Source: an uncultured Thermoplasmata archaeon (GTDB lineage: Archaea; Thermoplasmatota; Thermoplasmata; RBG-16-68-12). Taken from it: DNA of 64,000 bases. Made by a program: the position numbers and the translations under genes. The stretch lies in the NCBI GenBank assembly GCA_963768855.1, contig CAVYJM010000017.1:1-64000 (forward strand), written 5' to 3'. How positions within the stretch are numbered: position 1 is the stretch's first letter; each line of letters starts with the position of its first letter. Shown here piece by piece: positions 1 through 9,668 of the stretch. The notes beneath the pieces are model-generated. The model made no database searches and had not been told where the DNA came from. It saw only the letters and a program-made list of their open reading frames with translations.

Positions 1-2
1 CC

Positions 3-686
3 TTGCAGAGCCTTGGCAATGGTTTCGGCACTGTTCTTAACGCCAGGTTCTCGCAGCAAGGCAAGCTGTTGCGGGTCACGTTCTCCGGCAATAATAGCAC
101 GGATGATCTTCATGCCGCTCACGCCGCTGATATCGCTGATAACCTTGTGCAGATGAAGATTCATCTGAGTGAGGGCTTTCTGCATATGCTGAATGTGGGC
201 AGAGGCATAGCGCACCAGAGTCTCGCGGTGTCTCCAATAACTCCTCAGCACACAGATCTGTGCCTCAGGCCGAAACGAACCTGATAAGAGCCCATAGGAG
301 TGTAAGCGCTGCAACCATTGGCAGTCTTGCACATCGGTCTTGCGGCCGGGAACGTTCTTGACGTGGCGGGCATTGACCAACTTGACCTCAAAACCATAGT
401 CTTCCAGAATCTGAAAGGGTGCTATCCAGTAGACGCCTGTAGATTCCATGGCGATGGTTTTGATGCCGCAGTCCTTGAGCCACTGAGCCATCGCATGCAG
501 ATCGGCCGTAAAGCAGCAAAAGGAGCGAACCGGTTCCTGGCTGCACTCGGAGGGCACCGCAACCCAGTGGCGTTCGGAGCCGATGTCGATACCGGCGGCA
601 TGGGGGTTAATCATTTCAAGAGGCTGCTGCGAGTGCTTTTTTCGTGGCACCATGGTAGTGTTTGCATTATACTGAGCGTGTTTCAT
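3..686 (-). CDS. IS110-family transposase/recombinase, N-terminal 228 codons (3' partial; absent from the ORF track because no stop falls in the window)
   Basis: Manual translation: MKHAQ...HAAGIDIGSERHWVAV...IAMESTGVYW...GRKTDVQDCQWLQRLHSYGLLSGSF...IQHMQKALTQMNLHLHKVISDISGVSGMKIIRAIIAGERDP, containing the RuvC-like D-E-D-D residues; AGGAG RBS upstream. Confidence 0.93.
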   Translation of the reverse strand, partial: MKHAQYNANTTMVPRKKHSQQPLEMINPHAAGIDIGSERHWVAVPSECSQEPVRSFCCFTADLHAMAQWLKDCGIKTIAMESTGVYWIAPFQILEDYGFEVKLVNARHVKNVPGRKTDVQDCQWLQRLHSYGLLSGSFRPEAQICVLRSYWRHRETLVRYASAHIQHMQKALTQMNLHLHKVISDISGVSGMKIIRAIIAGERDPQQLALLREPGVKNSAETIAKALQ

Positions 687-701
687 GAGAACGTACTCCT
701 T

Positions 702-903
702 GGATGAATGTGGTACGTTCCGGCCCAGGTCGGTAGCAATCGCGAGTCTCCTAAACGGGATCAAGTCACCAATGGGACAACCGAAAGGCCTGGAACCATG
801 CTCGTATGCGGGTTCATACGCCACCATGGGAGTCGTCGGTTTTAACTGCCGGAACGTATCCATTTATCCTATCCTGAGCAGCCCCCTTGGTGCAAGGAGT
901 TGC
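702..903 (-). ncRNA. Candidate IS110 bridge RNA
   Basis: Outer stem 702-724/848-869 (perfect 11 bp TACGTTCCGGC/GCCGGAACGTA) encloses two stem-loop domains, 725-793 and 794-841, each with an internal hairpin; small extra hairpin ~878-903; lies directly upstream of the recombinase. Confidence 0.6.
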
Positions 904-1061
904 TTCCCATTGATAAACCCGCTGCCCGCATCTACGTTTCGCTTCTTCTTGAGCAATCCCGCAGCGGGTTCTGATGCTCGTATGAAACTCGATGCAGACC
1001 TTCTGGGTGCGAAGGAGATGCTGTACGCTGCTGGAGCCAGATGAAGCGCTGCTCAAGTCGT

Positions 1062-1151
1062 GAACTCCCCCAGCCCCTCTTTGGAAAAGAGGGGAGCATA
1101 CAAAGCAAGCAACTTCCCCCTCTTTGCGAAAGAGGGGGTCAGGGGGAGTTC
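1062..1151. repeat. REP-like inverted doublet (GAACTCCCCC..CCCCTCTTT..AAAGAGGGG x2)
   Basis: Two CCCCTCTTT-n-AAAGAGGGG hairpins in inverted orientation, bounded by GAACTCCCCC/GGGGGAGTTC. Confidence 0.8.
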
Positions 1152-1222
1152 TGTCTAGCTGTCGTTGTTCTTGTTTCTCGTTCGATCAACCTGGGCTCCG
1201 CCCAGAGGCTTCCGCTTACTCC

Positions 1223-2215
1223 TTACTGTTCCTTTATGGTTTCATCAACCTGCATGCCGAAGTGCCGGCCGGCTTTCTCCAGGGAAACGAGTACCGGATT
1301 CCCTGGCTTCAGCTCGACTACCGAAACCGGCGTGCCTTCAGGAGTGGTAAGGCGAATGGTCTCTGCATTCTGCAGAATCAGAGAAAAAGTTTCGTCCTGT
1401 GCTTCCGCCTCGACCAGAAGGAGGGGCCGGCGCTCGATTTTGACTCTGCCCACCACTGCCGTCTGAGTTCTGCCCTGATAGTCTGCGAGGAGAACCTCAT
1501 CACCGGATTTCAGCTCGGAAAGATACCGGGTCTTCCCGCCGGGCACTTTGACATAGGCGTGCACCGGTCCGGCGTTGACGCGGAAGGGCCGCGGTTCAAC
1601 GTAGGGATTTTCGACTGACTCGGAGTGAACGAGAAAAAACGCGGCGCTGGTATTGCCGATCAGCATACCCTCGCCCACGGTCATGGCAGTGCAGGTGTCG
1701 ACGCAGACCCGGTCTCCCATGGCTACCGGCTCCACCCGGCGGATTGTGGCGCTGATCAGCTGCACCCGGCCGGCGGTCTGCCGAACGGACTCACTGATGC
1801 TTTTGATCGTTGCCGGCTCGGACGCGGCAATCAGAATACCATCAACACCTTTTTCAAGAATTCCGAGCGCTGTCTGAGCCTCATTTGCAGTGGTCACCTC
1901 GACGATCAGCCCGCTGGTCTGAGCAAGGATGTTTTCCAGCGGAATGATGGTCCAGTCCCGGGTGCGGACTATTACCATGCCTTTTTTCGCGAGCCGGACC
2001 ACCTCGCCTTCATCGGCCTTGCTCCGGATTTCCCATTCGAACACATCTTTTCCCGGAACCAGATCGCCGTCCGGCGCTACCGTTGCAATGATTCCCAGCT
2101 TTTTTGTCTGCTCCGAGCAGCCGGCAGGGAGCACAATGGCATCCGCGCCGCTTTCCAGCGCAGCGGTAACGATGGCCTTATTCCAGGGATCCGCTTTGAC
2201 CCAGATTTTTTTCAT
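1223..2215 (-). CDS. aroB': 3-dehydroquinate synthase II (archaeal-type AroB')
   Basis: GDRVCVDTC, FLVHSE, RPFRVNAGPVHAY, YLSELKSGDEV, KIERRPLLLVEA, LQNAETIRL and GRHFG motifs; RBS present. Confidence 0.92.
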   Translation of the reverse strand: MKKIWVKADPWNKAIVTAALESGADAIVLPAGCSEQTKKLGIIATVAPDGDLVPGKDVFEWEIRSKADEGEVVRLAKKGMVIVRTRDWTIIPLENILAQTSGLIVEVTTANEAQTALGILEKGVDGILIAASEPATIKSISESVRQTAGRVQLISATIRRVEPVAMGDRVCVDTCTAMTVGEGMLIGNTSAAFFLVHSESVENPYVEPRPFRVNAGPVHAYVKVPGGKTRYLSELKSGDEVLLADYQGRTQTAVVGRVKIERRPLLLVEAEAQDETFSLILQNAETIRLTTPEGTPVSVVELKPGNPVLVSLEKAGRHFGMQVDETIKEQ

Positions 2216-2294
2216 GATACTCCCCTCGTAATGCTTACGGTTGACGTCGCTGCCGTCCCGTGAACATGATGAATTCTAAAGGTGCCGGCCTGGT

Positions 2295-3131
2295 TCATCG
2301 CTGCCCGAGAATAGCGTCGGGAAGTCCCTCATCCATGCTGCCGCTGCGATATCCTTCCAGGTCGAGGGTGACATAGCGAAAGCCGAGACTTTTGAGTTTC
2401 CGGATAACCTGACTGGCCACACCAGTCTCGATGAACCGTTCGATCTCTTCGGGCAGAACTTCGATGCGGCCCAGGCCGCGGTGTGAGCGGACCCGGGCCA
2501 GCCGGAATCCCAGATCACCCAGAAAAGCCTCTGCCTGTTCGATCATGCTGAGCATCTGCAGCGAGAGAGGTTCGCCGTAGGGTATGCGGGTGGCGAAGCA
2601 GGCATTGGACGGCTTGTTCCAGGTGAAAAGCCCCTGCTCCCGCGCCAGCCGCCGGATTTCATCCTTCGTCAGATGCGCTTCAGCCAGCGGGCTGCGGATT
2701 CCCAGCTCCTGGAGCGCCTTCCGACCGGGACGGTAGCGGCCGGCATCATCCGCATTCGACCCTTCAATGATCCAGGGAATTTTCTGGCGATGGGCAAGGT
2801 CGCGGAGCAGCGAAAAAAGCAGCCGCTTGCAGTGGTAACACCGGTCGGGTGCATTGCTGATCACTGCAGGGTTGGAGAGCTCGCCGGTGTCGAGCGTGAT
2901 GCATGCGACCTGCAGCGATACCGCCAGAGCGACAGCATCAGCATGCTCCGCAGAAGAGCGCAGGGCAGAGCGGCCAATGACTGCGGTCACCTCGGCTGCT
3001 CCAAGGGCCTGCACTGCGGCGTGCAGGAGCAAGGTGCTGTCAGTGCCGCCGGAGCAGGCGACCAGGACCCGCCCCATATCCCGCAGAAGGAGCTGGAGAC
3101 GAGCGTGCTTGTGGGAAAGACTGTGGCTCAT
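2295..3131 (-). CDS. larE: ATP-dependent sacrificial sulfur transferase, LarE/TIGR00268 family
   Basis: PP-loop SGGTDS, RCYHCK, EGSNADD..YRPG, KPSNACFATRIPYG, YVTLDLEGYRSGSM. Confidence 0.88.
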   Translation of the reverse strand: MSHSLSHKHARLQLLLRDMGRVLVACSGGTDSTLLLHAAVQALGAAEVTAVIGRSALRSSAEHADAVALAVSLQVACITLDTGELSNPAVISNAPDRCYHCKRLLFSLLRDLAHRQKIPWIIEGSNADDAGRYRPGRKALQELGIRSPLAEAHLTKDEIRRLAREQGLFTWNKPSNACFATRIPYGEPLSLQMLSMIEQAEAFLGDLGFRLARVRSHRGLGRIEVLPEEIERFIETGVASQVIRKLKSLGFRYVTLDLEGYRSGSMDEGLPDAILGQR

Positions 3132-3294
3132 GGTGTATGGCTTGTCAGACGTGGCTGCTTGTTAAAGTACCTCATAGTACTAATTATCAGGAGGAATGTC
3201 CAGCAGCGCCCCGTTCACCGCTGACCGCAGATGCAGTGTAACCGTTTTTTTTTCGGTAAACGGTTCACAGTGCCCGGCAAACATCATTTTGTGC

Positions 3295-3329
3295 TTGACA
3301 GAACCTGTGTTATTCCTATTAGAATAACA
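3295..3329 (+). promoter_or_regulatory. Candidate sigma70 promoter with overlapping palindromic operator
   Basis: TTGACA at 3295-3300; TAGAAT at 3320-3325 (19-nt spacer); perfect palindrome TGTTATTC-N6-GAATAACA at 3308-3329. Confidence 0.45.
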
Positions 3330-3496
3330 TTTCCTGCGAGCTGCTGAGTGTGAGTTCGAAGACTCGAGTGATACACCGGTTTCTCTGAACTTTTTGCAGG
3401 CCTTCCGGTCTAGAAAAAATCAAACCAAATTGAATTCTTTGACATATTGGAGCGTTCGGCTTTTCTCAGTAACCATTTCCCGGCGAGTGAAAGCTT

Positions 3497-4435
3497 ATGA
3501 TTGAGGTACAGAACCTGATCAAACGCTATGGCCAGACAGTAGCGGTCAACACCATTTCGTTCAGTGTGGATAAGGGAGAGATTGTCGGCCTGCTGGGCCC
3601 GAATGGAGCAGGCAAGACCACCACCATGCGCGTCCTAACCTGTTACCTTCCGGCTGACGGCGGCGTCGTAAAACTGGCGGGCAAGGACATTACCGGGCAA
3701 TCTCTTCAGGTGCGGAAGGAGATCGGCTATCTTCCGGAGAACAACCCTCTCTATGAAGATATGGGGGTTGTCGACTATCTGCGCTTCATTGCCCGCATCC
3801 GCTCTATCCCCCGGCAGAAGATCACCAGCAGGATCAAAGAAATGGCCGGCCTGTGCGGCCTGGAATCGGTGATCGGCAGACGCATCGGCGAGCTGTCCAA
3901 AGGCTTCCGCCAGCGCGTCGGTCTGGCGCAAAGCATCATTCACGACCCCCCGATTCTCATTCTCGATGAGCCGACGGTCGGGCTCGACCCGAACCAGATC
4001 GTCGAGATCCGCGAGCTGATCAAACGGCTGGGCACGGAAAAGACGGTTATCCTGAGCTCCCATATTCTTCCGGAAGTGGCCGCCACCTGCAAGCGGATCA
4101 TTATCATGAATCAGGGCCGGATTGCCGGCAGCGGCACCCCGGACGAGATGGCTGCGCGAGCCCGGGGCGGAGGCGTGATCACAACGGTTGTCCAGGGGCC
4201 GGCTGAGGAAGTGCGGGATAAAATTCAGGCCCTGCATACGGTCAAGAAAGTTACCGTTGCCGGAAGTGAAGGCAACGGCCGGACACGTTTTGAAGTGGTC
4301 AGCACCGGTGCTGTCGGCGTTGCCGAAGAGCTTTTCCGGCTCGCGGTGGCCAACGGGTGGACCCTTTCAGAACTTCATCAGGAAACCCTGACGCTGGAGG
4401 ATGTGTTCCAGCAGTTAACCATCAAAGAAGGGTGA
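3497..4435 (+). CDS. ABC transporter ATP-binding protein (GldA-like)
   Basis: Walker A GPNGAGKTT, LSKGFRQRVGLAQ signature, Walker B ILILDEP, H-loop. Confidence 0.92.
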   Translation: MIEVQNLIKRYGQTVAVNTISFSVDKGEIVGLLGPNGAGKTTTMRVLTCYLPADGGVVKLAGKDITGQSLQVRKEIGYLPENNPLYEDMGVVDYLRFIARIRSIPRQKITSRIKEMAGLCGLESVIGRRIGELSKGFRQRVGLAQSIIHDPPILILDEPTVGLDPNQIVEIRELIKRLGTEKTVILSSHILPEVAATCKRIIIMNQGRIAGSGTPDEMAARARGGGVITTVVQGPAEEVRDKIQALHTVKKVTVAGSEGNGRTRFEVVSTGAVGVAEELFRLAVANGWTLSELHQETLTLEDVFQQLTIKEG

Positions 4436-4437
4436 GT

Positions 4438-5154
4438 ATGCACTCAGTATTCATTCTTATGCGGAAAGAGTTCCGCTCCTATTTCGATTCCCCGGTTGCC
4501 TACGTTTTCATCATCGCGTTTCTATCGTTCAGCAGCTGGCTTTTCTTTCGGGGATTCTTTCTTCTCGGTCAGATCCAGATGCGGGATTATTTCTTTTTCC
4601 TGCCCTGGATATTCCTTATCTTTATTCCTGCCATAAGCATGAGGCTGTGGGCGGAAGAAAAGAAAATGGGCACCATTGAAATTCTCATGACGCTGCCGGT
4701 GAAAGACAGTGAAATGGTCCTGGGGAAATTTCTGGCGAGCCTCTGCTTCTTTCTGGTGACGCTGGGCCTCAGCTTCCCTATTCCGCTCACGCTGGCGCTT
4801 CTGGGCAACGTTGATCTGGGACCGATTGCCGGAGGGTACCTGGGCGCCTGCTTTCTCGGCGCTGCGTATCTTGCCATCGGCCTGTTCATTTCGAGCCTGG
4901 CGGAAAATCAGATCGTAGCGTTCATCATTGCCAGCCTGGTGTCCTTTGCGCTGTTTATCATGGGCGAGGACATCGTTCTGTTCTCCCTGCCGAATGCACT
5001 GGTGGCACCATTTTCATACCTGGGTCTGGGCAGGCACTTCGCCTCGATGCAGCGGGGCGTGATCGACTCACGGGATGTGCTCTACTACCTCACGGTGATC
5101 TGGTTCTTCCTTTCACTCAACACGCGTTTAATTGCAAGCCGAAGGTGGAGTTGA
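4438..5154 (+). CDS. ABC-2 permease (GldF-like)
   Basis: Start placed at MHSVFILMRKEFRSYF (ATG 4438); WAEEKKMGTIEILMTLP motif; several TM segments. Confidence 0.88.
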   Translation: MHSVFILMRKEFRSYFDSPVAYVFIIAFLSFSSWLFFRGFFLLGQIQMRDYFFFLPWIFLIFIPAISMRLWAEEKKMGTIEILMTLPVKDSEMVLGKFLASLCFFLVTLGLSFPIPLTLALLGNVDLGPIAGGYLGACFLGAAYLAIGLFISSLAENQIVAFIIASLVSFALFIMGEDIVLFSLPNALVAPFSYLGLGRHFASMQRGVIDSRDVLYYLTVIWFFLSLNTRLIASRRWS

Positions 5155-5155
5155 T

Positions 5156-6760
5156 ATGGCAAACGTTTCCCGAAAGATAAGCGCCGGTTCCAACTTTGTT
5201 CTGTTCATCGTTATCCTGGCCGGATTCTTTAGCCTCATCAATTTTCTTTCGGCCCGGCATTTCGGCCGGATCGATCTGACCGAGACGAAGATATACTCGC
5301 TGTCCGATGCAACCAAAAATATCGCGGCCAATCTCGACGACGTCGTAACAATCAAGTGTTATTTTTCGACCAAGCTTCCTCCGTATGTTCTTTCCATCAA
5401 GCAGCGGGTCCAGGATATGCTCGATGAGTATCGGGCTTATGCAAAGGGAAACATTCAGGTGGAGTTCGTGGATCCGGCGGAAGACCCGGAAGTGGAAAAG
5501 CGGATGCGGTTTATGGGCATTCCCGAAGTCCAGATGAATATCCTTGAAAAGGATCAGGCTACCGCGACCAAGGTGTACATGGGTATTGCCATCACGTATG
5601 AGGATCAGCAGGAAGTCATTCCTTTTCTCAAAGACACGAACAACCTGGAGTATGATCTCACCACTGCCATTCTGAAGGTGGTCCGCAAGAAGAAGAAGAC
5701 GGTGGGATTTCTCTCCGGCCACAGCGAGTATGATATCTACGAAGGGTATGCTACCGTGCGCTCCGCGCTTGCCAAGCAGTACCAGGTGGAAAAAGTCGAC
5801 ACGGCCGAGGGCAAGCCGATTCCCGACAACATCAATGTGCTGGTGGTCGCCGGCCCGGACGGCCTGACCGACCGGGACAAGTATGAGATTGACCAGTACA
5901 TCATGCGGGGCGGGAAGGTATTCTTCTTCATCGACATTATCTCGATTGCCGAAGGTACTGTTCAGGCCTCGTACCGGCAGAGCAATGTTTCCGATCTGCT
6001 CGAGCACTACGGTGTCAAGGTGACGCGGAATCTTGTGCTTGACCGCATGAATATGCTCATCACCTACCAGACCGGATACACCATCGTCCGCACGCCGTAT
6101 CCATTTTTCCCGAAAGTAATCGAAGCCGGGTTTGACCGGGAGAATCCGATCGTCAATCAGCTCGAGTCGCTGGTGCTGCCCTGGCCCGCAGCGCTTGAAG
6201 TGCTGCCGGACGCGCACCCGCAGACCACCTTCACGGTGCTGGCCAAATCATCGCCTTACAGCTGGCTTCAGAAAGGCATGTATGATATCAACCCTGGCCA
6301 GGAATTCATGCCTGAGCAGGAAAAGGATATGCAGCAGTATAACCTGGCAGTGTGGGCGATCGGGCGGTTCAAGAGCTTCTTCGCCGGCAAGGAAATTCCT
6401 CCGGTGGAAAAGCCCGGTGAAGAGCAGGGCAAAGCTCCCGAACCAACGGACAAGGGCCGCACGACGATACCGGAAAGCCAGAAGGGAACCCAGATCCTGG
6501 TTGTGGGCGACGCCCGTTTTCTCGAGGACAACTTTGTCGGAAATCCGGGAAACATGGAGTTTTTCCTCAATGCTCTGGATTGGGCCACCTGGGGGAAGGA
6601 CCTGATTGGAATCCGCTCGCGAACCGTGACCGATGAGCCGATACCGATTCTGTCAGAGCGGCAGAAGAGTGTGCTCAAGTTTGCTAACATGCTTGCGGTC
6701 CCGATTATGGTAGCGCTGTTCGGCTTTATCCGGTTCTATCTGAAAGGCAGGAAAAGGTAA
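5156..6760 (+). CDS. GldG-like ABC auxiliary component
   Basis: N-terminal TM, RIDLTETKIYSLS, GFLSGHSE, VVGDARFLED, NMEFFLNALDW, C-terminal TM plus basic tail. Confidence 0.85.
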   Translation: MANVSRKISAGSNFVLFIVILAGFFSLINFLSARHFGRIDLTETKIYSLSDATKNIAANLDDVVTIKCYFSTKLPPYVLSIKQRVQDMLDEYRAYAKGNIQVEFVDPAEDPEVEKRMRFMGIPEVQMNILEKDQATATKVYMGIAITYEDQQEVIPFLKDTNNLEYDLTTAILKVVRKKKKTVGFLSGHSEYDIYEGYATVRSALAKQYQVEKVDTAEGKPIPDNINVLVVAGPDGLTDRDKYEIDQYIMRGGKVFFFIDIISIAEGTVQASYRQSNVSDLLEHYGVKVTRNLVLDRMNMLITYQTGYTIVRTPYPFFPKVIEAGFDRENPIVNQLESLVLPWPAALEVLPDAHPQTTFTVLAKSSPYSWLQKGMYDINPGQEFMPEQEKDMQQYNLAVWAIGRFKSFFAGKEIPPVEKPGEEQGKAPEPTDKGRTTIPESQKGTQILVVGDARFLEDNFVGNPGNMEFFLNALDWATWGKDLIGIRSRTVTDEPIPILSERQKSVLKFANMLAVPIMVALFGFIRFYLKGRKR

Positions 6761-6864
6761 CCCTTCAGGATCTCACGTAGGAGAAGTCAGGAGTCGGGAG
6801 AAGATGCCCTCGCTGCCCTGTATCCTCGCAGGGACGCACAGAGGACGCGGCAGCAAGAACAGAC

Positions 6865-6900
6865 AAGACGTTCGCGGCGGGACGCCGCTCCCACAGAAAG
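6865..6900. repeat. REP element, family A copy 1
   Basis: AAGACGTTCGCGGCGGGACGCCGCTCCCACAGAAAG is identical (36/36) to 20929-20964. Confidence 0.9.
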
Positions 6901-6963
6901 CCGGCGCGGCAGGCAGCGCCCCGGCGTACTGTTTACCGTTTAGTGCTCACTACGAGAGGAGCT

Positions 6964-8119
6964 ATGAACTTCAAGAAGAATCTCATGCTGTTGCTGGTGC
7001 TGGTGGTAGCGGTGCTGCTCGTCGTCTTTCTGGAGCGACCATTCAAAAAAGACGCTGAGCAGACCACGGAAAAAGCCGGGGCGCTGTTTCCGGCACTGAA
7101 GATCGACGAGGTGAAGAAGCTCGAAATCGCACGTCCGAAGGAGAAAAACCAGATAGTCCTGCAGAGGATTGATCAGACCTGGTATGTGATGGAAGCAGCG
7201 CTGCCGGCACATACGTCAGGAGGTCAGGCAGGAGAGCCGCAGGCGAAGAATGCTGAATCTGCGCCGCCTGCTGACAAAGAAGCGGCGCAGCAGGCCGCGA
7301 ACCCTGAGTCCTTTCCAGCCGACCAGGCAGCGGTGAAAGAGGCGCTTGAGAAGCTTCAGAGCCTGAGAGAGGACAACCTTGCTTCCCGCAACAAGGACAA
7401 GCACAGTCTGTTTGAGGTGTCAGAAGGAAACGCTATCCAGGTGGCAGCCTACGATTCCCGCGGCCAGGAGCTGGCGCGGCTGTTTGTCGGCAAGGAAGGG
7501 CCGGACTTTTTTCAGCAACTACATGCGCAAAGCTGGCTCCTCGTTCTCGACATCGTCTACCTGCATCCGGATTTTCTGAAGGGCAGCTTCGACCGCCCGC
7601 TGAACAACTGGCGGAACCGAAAAATCTTCGATTTTGCCGCCGCCGACGTTTCCGGCCTGACGATCACCCGGAAGAACGAAACGCTGGCTCTTGAGAAAAG
7701 GGACACTGGTGAATGGGACATCGCGCAGCCGGTTCAGGAGAAAGCCGAAGGGACGAAGGTTGCCAGAATCGTTTCGAGCCTCTCAGGGCTCACCGCAGGC
7801 AAGATTGCCGATGGAGTAACCCTGGAGCAGGCCGGCCTGAAGCCGCCTCAGGCGGAGCTGGCGATAACCTTTACCGACAAGAGCTCCCGGTCTCTTCTCG
7901 TCGGTGCTGCAAAGGAGAAGAACTTCTATTACGTGACATCAGGTGATCAGAAGTATGTCTATGAAGCCTCCAAGAGCGTCATCGACGCGCTCATGCCTCC
8001 CCTGGCAGGATCTGATCCAGCAGGCATCTGTTCCGCCAGCTGATGAAAAAGCGCCTGGCCCGCAAATGCCGGCAGCTCCTCCGGCGCCTGCCCCTGCGGC
8101 CGGAAGGGACAAGAAGTAA
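6964..8119 (+). CDS. DUF4340 domain protein (probable indel errors; the ORF as given stops at 8043)
   Basis: N-terminal TM, two DUF4340-like repeats (WRNRKIFDF; ARIVSSLSGL...GL). Compensating frameshifts ~7512/~7548; a +1 base ~8006 hides a Pro/Ala tail that ends just before the next ATG. Confidence 0.75.
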
Positions 8120-8121
8120 TA

Positions 8122-9525
8122 ATGGGTCGGTATCGCGCGATAACCCGTTCCTGCGCTCTGCTGCCTGTCGTCCTGGTTACCCTCATTGCTGCTGGCCCTG
8201 CTTCCGGGCTGGAACCTGAGTCGTTGCGCCGCGACGCGGTGGTGCGGGCGGTTGAGCAGGCGAGCCCCGCGGTCGTCAATATCAGTACGGAAGAAGAAGT
8301 GCGCCGGCAGACCGGGTTTTCTTCTCCATTCGGTTCCGATCCTTTTTTCGACCGGTTTTTCGAGGACTTTTTCGATCCCGGATACGAAAAGAAGTACACC
8401 GAGCGAAGCCTTGGCTCAGGGATTGTCTTCGACAAAAGTGGTCATATTCTTACCAACTGGCACGTGGTGGAACGGGCCACGCGAATCAAGGTGATTCTGA
8501 TCGATGAAAAGAGCTATGAGGCGAAGCTCATCGGCTCGGCTCCGGAGCTCGACCTTGCAGTGCTCAAGATTGATGCCGGCCGGGATCTGCCCACGGTTGC
8601 GCTCGGCGACTCCGAAGATCTGATGATCGGCGAGAAGGTCATCGCCATCGGCAACCCTTTCGGGCTCTCGCATACGGTAACGACCGGTGTTATCAGCGCA
8701 GTGCGGCGGTCGATCAAGGCGGGTGATCGCACTTATCGCGATTTCGTTCAGACCGACGCTTCCATCAATCCTGGTAACAGCGGCGGTCCCCTCCTCAACA
8801 TCGACGGCCAGCTGATTGGCGTTAACAGTGCTATCTACGGCCAGGGAGCGCAGGGCATTGGTTTTGCAATACCCATTAACAAAGCCAGGCGCGTGGTCGA
8901 CGAGCTGATTCTGTACGGCAAGCTGGCGCCGGTGTGGATCGGCATTCAGGTACAGGAGCTGACGCCTGATCTGGCCGGATCACTGCAGTTCAAAGGAACT
9001 GGCGGGGCACTGGTGCGGCGGGTGGATCCTGAAAGCCCGGCAGAAAGAGCCGGCATCAAGCCAAGCGATATCATCACCGCGATCGGCCGTGATGCGGTAA
9101 AATCCACCGGAGATTACCTTGAGATACTCAGGCAGTATCCTCCGCGGCAGGAGATCACGCTGGCACTGTTCGCGGCGACGGCAGGCAGACGGCCTCAGTG
9201 CTGAAAACGGAAGAGTTCCCGCTCGAAAAAGCCCAGGAAATCGCATTGCGCCTGCTTGGCATTGAGGTGAAGGAGCTTCCGCCCGGATCGAAAAGAGGAG
9301 CAGGCTCCGGCAGGAGTGGCTGTTTCCCAGCTGCGCTCCGGCAGCCGGATGGACCGGGCGGGCGTAAGAAGCGGCGATATCATGCTGCAGATAAATGATA
9401 CCACCCTCAATAGCCTCCAGGACTTTCAGAGAGCCATCGCCAATATCTACCAGGCCCGCAGCATGGTGCTGCTCATTCAGCGGGGCCACTACGGGTACTA
9501 TCTGACCATTCCGCTTGATTCGTGA
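8122..9525 (+). CDS. HtrA/DegP-type serine protease with two PDZ domains (two frameshifts, ~9172 and ~9293)
   Basis: GSG, ILTNWHVV, DLAVLKI, QTDASINPGNSGGPL; the second PDZ is split over ORFs 9198-9398 and 9316-9525. Confidence 0.9.
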
Positions 9526-9668
9526 GAGCGGTACGTTTTACTCCTCACTCTTTTTCCTTTCCTCCCGCATTCATGCTACTATTGTATACACTGCTCAGGA
9601 GAGTTCTTTCCCTGAGGTGATGTGGATCGTTGTGCCGGAATGAAACCTGATTTGAAGGGAGGAGTCAT

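Larger units (their letters stand above)
1..912 (-). mobile_element. IS110-family insertion sequence, partial (runs off the left edge; upstream boundary uncertain, ~900-990)
   Basis: DEDD recombinase CDS at 3-686 preceded by a structured non-coding end; no terminal inverted repeats seen, as expected for IS110. Confidence 0.75.

Noticed and set aside
3-1056. ORFs 3-284, 318-707, 685-1044 and 814-1056
   Set aside because: Antisense shadows of the IS110 recombinase, or chance ORFs over its structured non-coding end
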